Assembly: GCA_964016885.1 (NCBI GenBank) | Contig: OZ024746.1 | Coordinates: forward strand, 18,600,001-18,664,000 | DNA from: Eledone cirrhosa | Lineage: Eukaryota | DNA: 64,000 nt | Direction: 5' to 3' | Shown: positions 50,201-60,700 of the stretch, piece by piece | Layout: the number at the start of each line of letters is the position of its first letter | Numbering within the stretch: position 1 is the first letter of the stretch | Notes under the pieces: model-generated | Databases searched by the model: none | The model's input: the letters and a program-made list of their open reading frames with translations, nothing else | What the model was told of the DNA's origin: nothing | Position numbers and translations under genes: made by a program

Positions 50201-51969
50201 CTTATTGAGATTGATACTGATGTTTAACCATAGATTTTATTGTTTTAACACTAAGGCCTGGTGTAATGAAAATTAACTGATTTCATTTCAAATTTCTCAG
50301 ATTTTATTTATAGTTATAAAATTTTGAATTTCACTTTATTTTCTAGTGATGTTGAAAAAATGTTGAGGTTACAGAGAAAGATATATATATTCATTTATAT
50401 TTATTTTTCTTCTCTTTCTTTTAAAAAGTTAATGGAAGAATTATCTTCATTAGATAAATTATGACACAACATCACATTCTAGTTACCATAAGTGGAGCTT
50501 ATAACAAGTGTTATACCACTACAGAAACAAACAAACCTAATACATACATGTTCACACAAACACATACACATGAGTGTGCATACACAGACACACAGAAACT
50601 CGTATAATACTTTCTCTACTTTTGTATATCACGTTAAAGATTTTGTTATTTTTAACTTCTAGAATTTGTGTTACCTTTGTCTATGAAGGTAACACCTTTT
50701 TATGATTTATTAAATCATTGAAAACATCTAAAATTGGTTTTCTTACAGAAAACGAATTTTGGCTGAAAAGGGATTTCCTATGATTGATCACTACCTGTAT
50801 GAAGAGCATGATATGATCCGACGAGCTGCCACAGAGTGTGTTTGTAACATGGTCATGAGTGAAGATGTACGTATATGTTTCTATGTTTCTATGCTGCTTC
50901 CATATATTAAAATATTAAAACAACAAATCACAGGTCAACATTAGTCTCCAAAATGACTGAATTTAAGCTAGTTATTTGCCAACTCTCAACTTATGCCGTA
51001 TGAAATCAATATAATTTTATTATGATATATAGTGATCATGGGGATGACAATAAAAAGGGTTTATAGTATTCTGCAATATTTATTTTAATAGTTGATCCAA
51101 TTCAATAATATATTTTTCTTTATTTTTCAGGTGCAAAAATTATTTGAAGCTGAAAACGACAGAGTGAAACTATTGCTACTATTTTCTTCTCATGAAGATC
51201 AACCTACAGTTCTTGGAGCAGCAGGAGCTCTTGCAATCTTGTCCAGCAGTGAACTAATATGCAAGAAAATAGCTCAGGTAATTTGTTTCCTTAATATTAT
51301 TAGAAGTAATGAATCTCAACTCAATTTGATGAACTGTATAATGGACACTAGCGGTAGCTTGTTGATGGCGCCTTTGGCTTTACAAATGTGTGTGTTTACA
51401 TCAGTTTTGCAGTTAAAGTCTTTACTACCCAGATAAGTAAATTCTTCTACATAGTTAAGGTGTGTGCCACATACTATTTTAATTGTTCCATTTTGATTTA
51501 AGCTTATGTATTCTGTTTTGTATGAGTTAACATGGAGACTGATACCTGTCTGACATAGTCTATGGTGATCTGTCCATCCCTTGGTTGGGAGAATGGATGT
51601 TAAAGAGGGTGATGCTGATGATGATGGTACCATTTTTTTTACTTATTAATTTATTTTTCTGGAATTCAATTTATCTTTAATTAATTTTTACAGGTGAAGA
51701 ACTGGATTGATCTTTTATTAGCATTGGCAGTGAATGAAAATATCCAAATACAACACCGTGGCATCTATATTGTTACCAATATGATCAAAGCAGAGAAAGA
51801 CATAGCAACAAATATAATTGAAAGTCAAATTTTAGAAGTTCTAATGGCTGTATCGAAGTTTGAAGAACCTGATAAAGCCATGATTCGTGAATGTGCTGAA
51901 GCTGCCTTACAGAAAGCTGCAGAACATGAATTAATAAAACCAGCACAAGAGAATGGTAGAGGGAGTTAG
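29967..51969 (+). CDS. unc-45: UNC-45 myosin co-chaperone (TPR + central + UCS domains), 21 coding exons, 946 aa
   Basis: Exons 29967-29981, 32516-32720, 33912-34087, 34497-34592, 35083-35253, 36267-36474, 36723-36890, 38801-38972, 39887-39956, 40922-41014, 42156-42290, 43253-43347, 43730-43868, 45286-45429, 47172-47287, 48295-48361, 48529-48642, 49795-49910, 50749-50866, 51131-51277, 51694-51969. All introns are GT-AG, phases are consistent and the total is 2841 nt. TPR motifs ([24 protein letters not shown]) and UCS motifs ([75 protein letters not shown]). Confidence 0.96.
31895..32190. repeat. ~100-bp tandem units containing telomere-like GGGTTA motifs
   Basis: tggccttca/taaaacc...agttaact..gggttag(a/g)gtt.ggtta.tcctattg.ttttgatgttttcaac repeated about 2.5 times. 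Confidence 0.7.
35518..35785. repeat. 35-bp minisatellite, about 7-8 copies
   Basis: Unit gcatgagcagtgtgatgtgatagcaacagaaa(act/gca). Confidence 0.92.
37590..38420 (+). mobile_element. RTE LINE 3' end (RT C-terminus, 3' UTR, GAT tail)
   Basis: ORF 37625-38023 reads LHGSETW...[10 protein letters not shown]...GRPRKTW. The 3' UTR is homologous to the reverse complement of 11903-12420. Confidence 0.92.
38478..38670. mobile_element. mariner-type MITE
   Basis: TIRs tacgaggttctgctgaaaagttcatagtctgac / gtcagcctatgaacttttcagctgaccttcata. A matching end occurs at about 23170-23203. Confidence 0.7.
40500..40860 (-). mobile_element. RTE LINE 3' fragment (related fragments at ~18990-19275 +, ~28740-28990 +, ~44330-44720 +)
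   Basis: Reads [15 protein letters not shown]...[14 protein letters not shown] and ends in a GAT-type tail. Confidence 0.8.
41619..41823. mobile_element. pogo/Tigger-type MITE (TA TSD)
   Basis: Imperfect TIRs tactgtaatactcgactataag / cttatattcaagtatatatggta. The internal tttatgtctgagaaatgggcaaaa is shared with 54349-54535. Confidence 0.7.
47909..48118. mobile_element. Penelope-like pLTR remnant with head-to-head inverted arms and degenerate hammerhead cores
   Basis: Arms attatagaaatgacttctacag...gactagaactgtttcatt and aatggaacagttctagtcctgtagaagtcatttctataat. A ctgatga...ggaac...gtc core is present, but stem I is not intact. Confidence 0.55.
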
Positions 51970-53309
51970 TTGATGCTTGCTACTACTTCAAAATTATTTA
52001 TTCTCAATAAATTACCAGAGTGTCTTTTTTTTAAATTTTTATTTTGTTTGTTTTGACACTAGAAATATGTACAATAATTGAGGTTTTCTTAATGTATAAA
52101 CATGTTAGAACCAATAAAGTAAACAGCCAAAATACAAGATTACAATACAGTAGACAGCCATAACTACAAGGTTACAATACATCAGTTTGACTTGCTAAGG
52201 AATATGCTTCTTATGTATTATTTTTAAGTCTTTTTTTGAAGGGTGGTGGATTGGTAGTAATTGGTAGGTAGGGCATCAGACAACATGCTTTGCAGCATAT
52301 AGTTACGTCTCTTTATGTTCTGAGTTCAAATCCTACCGATGTTAGCTTTGCTTTTCATCCTTACACTTACAGGGTTGATAAAGTAAAGCACCAGTAATTC
52401 TTTCCCTCCACAAAATTGTTGGCCTTGTGCCTAAATCAGAAACCATTATTCTTAAGTCCTTTCACAATGACAAATACCATTATATTTCTGGATACTGAAA
52501 TGTGATTTTCATTGCTGATTGGAGACATGTTTCACCTACATAGTTTCATTCTATTTTAGTGGCAGATAGATAAATTGTTTGCCTACTTATTTGAACATTT
52601 TTTTTTCTACCATTATTATTATTATTATTCAGTGAATATTGTAAAATAAAAAAAAAACAACTAAGCTAAACTATTGAAATCCCAAATTTATGTCCTGTTA
52701 AGATTCCCACTTGTTATTTCACTTCACTTTTTGCCATTACTCTCTTGAAAGACATAATCATTGCAGCTCCAATTGTCCCTCACTCCGAAATCAATGAGGC
52801 TAATTATCTATTAATGAAAACCATTAATTATGAATGGTCAAGCAGAAAATATAGTCATTTATTATGTTATATTCTATATATTCTATTTGTATGTGAAATA
52901 AATGTTTTTTTTTAGTTTTCATTAATTGTTTGTTTGAATTATTGAAATGTTTCTCTCTTGTCTTTATTTCCAATTACAACAAAATGGCATTCATTTCATT
53001 TCTGAATTTCTTCTCAAATTGTTCAGATTAATCAAGCTGAATTAAAAAAAAATAATTTCTGTGAAGCTCAAATTTTTGAACTTACTAAGTGCCAAGGAAA
53101 TAAATTTATAAGATGTAGGAGGTACTGGCAACATTTTTCTGTCTCTAGAGGTCTTTATCTGATTTTTATAAGCTATTTTATAGCAACTGACTGTAATTGC
53201 AGTTATTTTCTGTATCTGAGCTTCCTACATATTTTTATTAATTTTCTTTTTAACTTCAATATCTAAGATGTTCATGAATTTGTTACCCGATTTTCTATGC
53301 TTGCTTATG

Positions 53310-53800
53310 CAAGTGAGAGGAGGATGGAATTTTGCAAATTTAAATAAGTGCTATTATGGACAAAAGATTTCTCATGTATTTCACAACGATAAGGTTTTTT
53401 CTCCAGTATGGCTACATACGTGAATAACAAGATTCAAATTATTACTGAAAGATTGCACAGCGACACAGTTTTTCTCCACTGTGTATTCGTTTGTGTTTTC
53501 TTAAATAACTGTTATAGTTAAATGGTATTTCCATATTGTGTGTGTTTTTATGAATGAAGAATTCGTGTTTTGAAGACACTGTTTCCATCCAGATCTTGCA
53601 ACGATATTTAGGAATATTTCTGTGTAATAAATAATTGTTTCTACTATTGGCACAAGGCCAGTAATTACCCAGTACATTACTGGTACTTTCTGTGTAATAA
53701 ATAATGGTCTTGGTTTAGAAAACGTTTCACTGTCTAAATGTTTGTTACCACTGTATATCCATGTAACTGAATCTATATCAGTAAAAACAATTGTATTAGA
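53310..53800 (-). pseudogene. Degenerate C2H2 zinc-finger gene fragment
   Basis: The minus strand translates to KYRCKIW...FIHKNTH, YLRKHKRIHSGEK, SFSNNLNLVIHVCSHTGEK and PYRCEIHEKSF. It has lost Cys ligands, and carries a deletion, a frameshift and a SINE insertion at 53636-53686. Confidence 0.8.
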
Positions 53801-54330
53801 ACTGTTCAGAGACGTGCAATCAAGCGCATACCCTCCATCAGACACCTACCATACTCTGAACGCCTTGCTTCCCTGGGCATGGATTCATTGAAGCTCCGAC
53901 GTCTGTCAATGGACTTGGTAAACACCCACAAAGTTATTAACCATCTCACCAACAACAACCCTGAGCACCTTTTTGATCTCCATGTGTCTAACACACGTGG
54001 ACATGCCTACTAAGTCAGATAACAGCACAGCTCCCATGACTTTCGGAAACATTTTTTCACGCTTAGAGTTGCTGAAGCATGGAACAAACTGCCTGCGTCA
54101 GTTGTTAGCTGCTGAGACACTGCATCCTTTAAAATCCTCATGCTTTCCGAAATTCGCCAAAACTACACCTGATGTCCCCCTTCCATACACATGCACACGT
54201 GTATATCATGACTCATGCACTGTTCATTTTCCTGACGTTTGTACATTACCCTATGTACTATACATACACTTTTGATGAGTTGTAGTGCACCTGAGCACTG
54301 TATACAATATTTTCATTATTATATTATTAT
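53801..54330 (+). mobile_element. CR1/L2-group LINE 3' end
   Basis: Translates to VQRRAIKRIP..LPYSERLASLGMDSLKLRRL...NTRGH...HFFTLRVAEAWNKLP. Its 3' tail (gatgagttgtagtgcacctgagcactg...ttattat) recurs alone at about 22935-22985. Confidence 0.85.
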
Positions 54331-54348
54331 TAACGTATATACCCTTAT

Positions 54349-54535
54349 TACCGTATATACTCAAATATAAGTCGACCCCACTGTTTTATGTCTGAGAAAT
54401 GGGCAAAAATCCAAACCTTATTTACGTAGAATTTGAAGTTGGTGAAAATCGCCAAATATTTACTCCGAATATAAGCCGGTCCATTCTACCTTCGATTATT
54501 TGGTCACACATTACTATATTCGAGTATATACAGTA
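54349..54535. mobile_element. pogo/Tigger-type MITE (TA TSD), second copy
   Basis: TIRs taccgtatatactcaaatata / tatattcgagtatatacagta. Confidence 0.72.
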
Positions 54536-55343
54536 ACATTCGAGATATTCTTAAAAACTGAGGAATGTTTGTAACCCTTAAGGTACTATGCTTCAGTTTC
54601 TTGTTTTTGTATATTACGGGACTATGTTTAATTATAACAGTATAACTAGAATAGCTAAAGGTATGAAAATAAAGCTGGTATTGACAATTTTACTTCGCTA
54701 GCGGGATGGCATATATTAAAGGTCCCTAATATAATTATTAATACATTCAAAAATATCTGCAACTATATCGATTTATTTACTACGTCGATTGTATCTAGTC
54801 CATAGCAAATCAACAAAATAACATTAACTTATCAACGATAGAGCTTCGATGTGACCGGTTGAACTACTAGAAATATTTCCCAAATTCCTGACAAATCGAC
54901 ACCCCAAAACGCAATAAACGAAGTAGCAGATACGTAAGAGAAGAATGAACAGGTTTTTTTCATCATAGTCTTGCGCGGCTAAACAGAAACTAGCATGGAA
55001 AAATAGATCGATCACTGTATGTGTGTGTGTGTTTTGGGTAGTTAGGCATGATTTCCAGGAGTGAACCACACGGGTGAGGAAGAAATGGGGATAGTGGGAA
55101 AAGATCTAGTAAATAGATCCACCATAATAGTTTCGTGTTGCAAAAACGAATGATGGAATATTAATGGTTCACATTTAGAACCTTTGATTTGAAGACATCA
55201 CCAAGTTCCCCAGTCAACTACAGCAAGAACCCCCATCCAGAAGTACATCTAAGCATACACCATCAAAACAACAGAGATTCAAATCTAATTCGACCCCCAC
55301 CCAACGTAAATAACGCAGGAGCACTCTACTGAACACCTGTGGT

Positions 55344-55729
55344 AAAAAAAGTATGCACTGGTCACCAGAGAAGAAATATGAAAGTTTCTGAAAATCCTGT
55401 CAAACGGAATAGTAGAGCTCCAGAGCGTTCTTCATTTAGTTGATTGAATTCAAGATTTTTACGAACAAAACCAACCGACAGGAGACCCGAGAAAGATGGT
55501 TGGATAACAACCATGAGCTCGGTTGGGGATCCAGCCGGATCAATTCGAGGTGGTTGCTTCTGACAGGACCCTGATGTCCCCACAACCCTCTCAGGAATAA
55601 TTGGGCGAAGAAGAAGAGTTTCAAGTTTGAAGCGCTCACAAATGTTTAGTAGCATGAACAGCTACTTCGTATATTAGTTTAGCACCAATACCAAGCAGAA
55701 CAGTTGAAAATGCCGAAAAGAATCGACAT
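55344..55729 (-). ncRNA. Unidentified structured ncRNA candidate (putative Pol III, type 3 promoter)
   Basis: Upstream TCTACTTAAG (55790-55781) and TATAAG (55760). Nested helices with G-U pairs favour the minus strand. The first T5+ run is T7 at 55350-55344. Confidence 0.4.
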
Positions 55730-55831
55730 GAGACGACTCAGAGCACTCCCGACCCTTATAAAACGTAAATCACCATAACCCTTAAGTAGATCGGATAAGT
55801 TAGCTCCCTTTAAAACTGATTTATATATTAA

Positions 55832-55883
<52 letters not shown>

Positions 55884-56420
55884 GTGTGTGTTTGCGCTCA
55901 ACACGCTTCAAATAGCAACCAAATCAACGTAAATTTGCAGTAGATTTAGATATAAGCCCTGAAAGAAAAAATTATAATGTTATGGTTTATGGCCACATAT
56001 GTAACACATGTAACGCTTCAATAAAAAGGGAAGGGAGATAACTTATTTGGCTTACCACGTCTCCCCCATTTACGGCATAAATATGTAAAAATCATAATTG
56101 CGGGCATTTGAACATTTTGTAAAAATTTATGAGCATTTGCAGCACTTTTTATTTTTTAAATAAAGTTTTGTTTTTAGAAAAAAGATAAACGTATAGGCTT
56201 TATTAAATTTAAATATTCGTTTACTGTCCGAAAGTTTCTATTGTGCTCTTCGATTCACAATATTTTTTATTACATGACAAGATGAAGATGAATATTGATA
56301 TTTTAGATTTATTAAAACAAAAATTACTATATAAATATTCCAAGATTAACAATAAAAATACTTTTAATCAAATAAAATAATTAAAATTATTAACGACACT
56401 ATATACCACTTTATGACACT

Positions 56421-56467
56421 ACTTCCGGTTAATGTCCACATTGAACCAAGATAATAAGTCGGTATGT
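56421..56467 (+). promoter_or_regulatory. ETS motif and candidate first exon/donor of SF3B2
   Basis: ACTTCCGGT at 56421 is followed by TCG|GTATGT at 56461/56462. Confidence 0.5.
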
Positions 56468-56853
56468 TTATATATTAACTCTCTTTTTTTTCGATCACCT
56501 TTAAATTGCTATTTATCAGTATTAGCACTTGCTTGAAAATAATAGAAAGAGGAACTATTTCCTTTAATTTCATTATTATAACTATTAATTGTCTTTATAT
56601 TTGTAATTGATCCATAAATACGCCTAAATTGTGAATTTGTCACAATAATGTCGTTCTAATTGTTCAGTTGCATCAATTATGAGCAAAATCTGGTGTGTTA
56701 AATATAATATATAGTTATTACCTATTCTAGTTCTATTTATTGTACTTTGCATTACTGAAAAATAAATATTGAAAACTTGAATCAATGACTCAAAATAAGA
56801 AAATGAAAGCATGCCATATCAAATTTTGTGTGTACATACATACATACATACAT

Positions 56854-56885
<32 letters not shown>

Positions 56886-56925
56886 AATATGTATAAATAT
56901 ATATAAATGTGTATAAATATGTATA

Positions 56926-57009
<84 letters not shown>

Positions 57010-57105
57010 GGGTGAGAAATGAAAATACGTTCGTCAGATTAGTAAACTTAGGAAAATTAACTAAGAGAAGACAACGAACGAAAAACAATTTTTTGAAGTG
57101 GAAAC

Positions 57106-57158
<53 letters not shown>

Positions 57159-57708
57159 CTTAGTATCCAGTTTATAGTAAAAGAAGTAATTTGTCGTTTT
57201 TATCACAAACTCGGGCATTATTGTCGGTAACGTGGGAGTGAGGAAGCCGGCCTAATACCGGGACTTCCATTTCATGCTGTGTTGCTGTCGAGACCATTTA
57301 TGTCCTCCATCCCCGAACTGCCGTTTTCCTGCGCAAAATTTGGAAAAATACATCCCACCTGAAGAAGAAAGATCGAGAGGTAGAGTGGCTGATTCAGTTG
57401 GTGCTCCTGGCTGTTCTCCACGGCAATTCCTTCGTTATTATGTTAGGGAGGGGTTATAATCAAATTGATTGCAGTATATTACTGGTATTTTATTGAATCT
57501 GAAGCAATGAAATGCCAAATTGATTCTCATCAGATTGGGACCCAAATCATAGATGAAAAGGCAATATATGCAAGATGTATAATGTGAAACTCTACTATTT
57601 CACCTTTTCTTTATTTATGGAGCTGAAGACATGTTATGATAAATTCTTTGTTTGGCTTTTTTCAGAATCCTACATTTTGTCAAATAAGATTAAATTTGAA
57701 GGACAAGC

Positions 57709-60700
57709 ATGAAGTCTCGGTCAAGGCAAGTATTGCTGGTTAATGTTTAAAAACCATTTATATTTCCTCACATGTGACCTAGTGGTAAGGTTGTTGGGCT
57801 TATGATCGTAATGTTGTAGGTTCGATTCCTGGACTGGGTTGTCTGTTGTGATCTTGACAACAACACTTCATTTCATGTTGCTCCAGTACACTCAGCTGAA
57901 AATGAGTGCCAGCAGCAATGGCTGTGAGTTTAACCCTGCTATGGACTGGTGTCATGTCTAGGGGAGATTCACGTACTCTCAATCACTTCATGCCACAGAA
58001 ACTGATGAGCCTCTGAGCTCAAGACAGACTTTAGATTGTTTTTAGAGAGATCTGTTTTTGATTGCACCTACAAATTGATGCTTTTTGACTGATTTGCAAG
58101 CTCACGATTGCAAATCAAATTCTCTAACCACTAAGCCACTTGACTATTTGTATAGTTATCTAAAATACTTTACAATTCATGACTTACAACTGATCAAAGT
58201 TTTTATAATCAGAGAAAAACTGAAGCATTCCAGGCTGTTGATGTTTCAACTTTCTCAACACGCACTTTGTGTGAATCAGATGGTTATCTTTTGTCTTTGC
58301 AGACATGAATTGGCCTCTCCACATCACATTTGTCTTATAATCAAAGATCCTCATGTACAATTCTTCCGATAGTGTACATTAAGCTCCTTATCAATGGCAC
58401 TAATTGACTTTCTGGGGTTCTTATTGCAAATTTTCTGCACCTTTCATACAAATATGGGTGTTCTTATGGTATTAGGACCCTTAACAGTTGTTTTATGTTT
58501 GACTACTGTTGTAGAATCCTTGTTAGCAGCTTTCAGCTCTTTGTGAACTTTGACAACAAATGACTGTGCAACCTTCAGGAAGTAAGCAATCTCTACATCA
58601 CTATGCTCTTCTTGTAATGCAATGATTACAGTGTAATTTTTCATTTGCTGTTAGCTTGATGCCGGCCATCATTTATCGAAAAAGAAATGAGAATGAGAAC
58701 AAGTTAGAGCTATTAAAAGACATGTTCTCAAAACACTAATTCTAACAATACATCCAACTCTTGCTAGCAGGGAAAATGAACGCTAAACGATGATGAGTAT
58801 AAGGATTATATTATCATCATCATCGTTGTTTAATGTCAGTACTGAAGTGGGGCTACTGACCTCCCAGGCAGACCAAGGAGTCTGTACCTCGCTAAGGATT
58901 ATATCATTTATTTAATTTTTTTCCTTTTTCCCACTAGGAACAAGAAGAAACAACAAATAGCAACTCCAAGAACAGAAGTGGAACTAGACCCACCATCTGA
59001 TGAAGATGTATGTTGATTTATAGATTATATATTTTCCTTCTTAACAACATATTGCATATTCTCTTTGGGGGTATGTGGGTGTCTGATAATATTTCAGAAA
59101 TCTACATTATTTATTTATTCTTTTTCTACAAATACAATCATTATGTGTGTGCCATCTCTCATAAAAATGAAACATTTTCTTACAATAGAATTAATATCCC
59201 GAATGAGAAAATTTTCAAATTCTTTGAAACTAATTATTGCTTAGCCCCAGATCAGTCCTGATTGAACAGACAGATGGACAAAGGCATTCTACTTATGGCC
59301 ATCATGTCTTTTTAGAAGTATGCTTCAGAACTACATTAATCAGTATGGCCTTCCTTCCCTCTGTCAAGGAACTTGGGTGTGATTTGAGGGAGATTTGGTG
59401 ACTACATTTGCTTTTTTGGCAACTTTTTGCAGACAAATGAGACAAATGACTCCTATTTGTAATCAAGTAATGCAAGTGTAAATCAATGAATAACTAGTGT
59501 ATATCTGTTTCAACACATTCTGTGATAAAACTCTTGTTGATATGTTAATCCTTCTGATATCAACCTTCCTAACACAGCTTTTTCTATTATGACAAACCAT
59601 TTGTTTTGAAGTGTCTATGCTGAAATTTAAACCTCCCATTATAATTTTTTTCTAAGAATCTTTTCATTAGCTATATTCTAAACACCAACTTAATAGTAAG
59701 AAAGTTTCATAACGAAATCCCTCCAAATTTTTGATTATTTAAAAAGTTAATTGAGATTCATATGTAATATATTTCATTAGAAATATGGTAATGAGAGGGT
59801 TAAACATGCTATTCCATTCAAAGTAGGTGGCATGAAAGTATTAGACGATTGTGTTTATATATTTAATCATTAATTTAATTGCATTTTATTTTCATTCAGG
59901 CTGGTCCTCCTGAAATTGATGAAGAACTTCAACAAAAAGTTGTGCTCCAGCAGCAAATGTTGGCTCTCCAACAGCATCAGCAACAAGCTGCAGCTGTGGC
60001 AGCTGTCATGTCTCAGCAAGCTCCACCACAACCACCACTACCACAGCCTCCACCACCTCCACCCTCTGGTCCAAATACATCAAATTCTGCTGGAGGAGAA
60101 TATCTTCAGTTGATGGAGAAAGTTCAGCAACAACAGCAACTGTTAGAGGCTGAGAAGCAACAACAGATGTTAATAGAACAACAACAGAGAGTGAGTGTAA
60201 AAGCCCTTCATATTACATTTTATATCATCATCATTATCATCCTATACAATAAAGGAACCTTAAAAACTATGGTTTTTATTTTTAATATTGATTGTGTTGG
60301 TGACACAACAAAAAGTGCTCAGTCCAACCGCTCAATTGTTTGTGCTGGTGGGATGATAAAAAGCACTCAGTCCACCATGTAAAGTGGCCGTTATGGTGCT
60401 ACGATAAAACACACCCAATCCACTCTGTAAAGTGGTTGTGTTGGTGCCACTATAAAAAAAGCACTCGGTCCTCACTGTAAAGTGATGCTTTTGATGCCAT
60501 GATAAAAGGCACCCAGTCCACACTGTAAATGTGGTTGGCATTAGGAAGGGCATCCAGCGATAGAGACCAAGCCAAAATCAGTTCTGTATGAGCAAGACAT
60601 GGTTATCTGATCTGGCTTTTCTCACAATGGGACAACTTATCTAATCTGTGCTAGCGTGGAAGAATGGACATTAAATGATGATGATTTTATATATTGATTA

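Noticed and set aside
55344-55800. Telomerase RNA identity for the structured RNA candidate
   Set aside because: A CR4/5-like junction and an ACAGGA H-box-like word are present. However, there is no CUAACCC template on the structured strand, no evident pseudoknot and no pairing 3' H/ACA hairpin.
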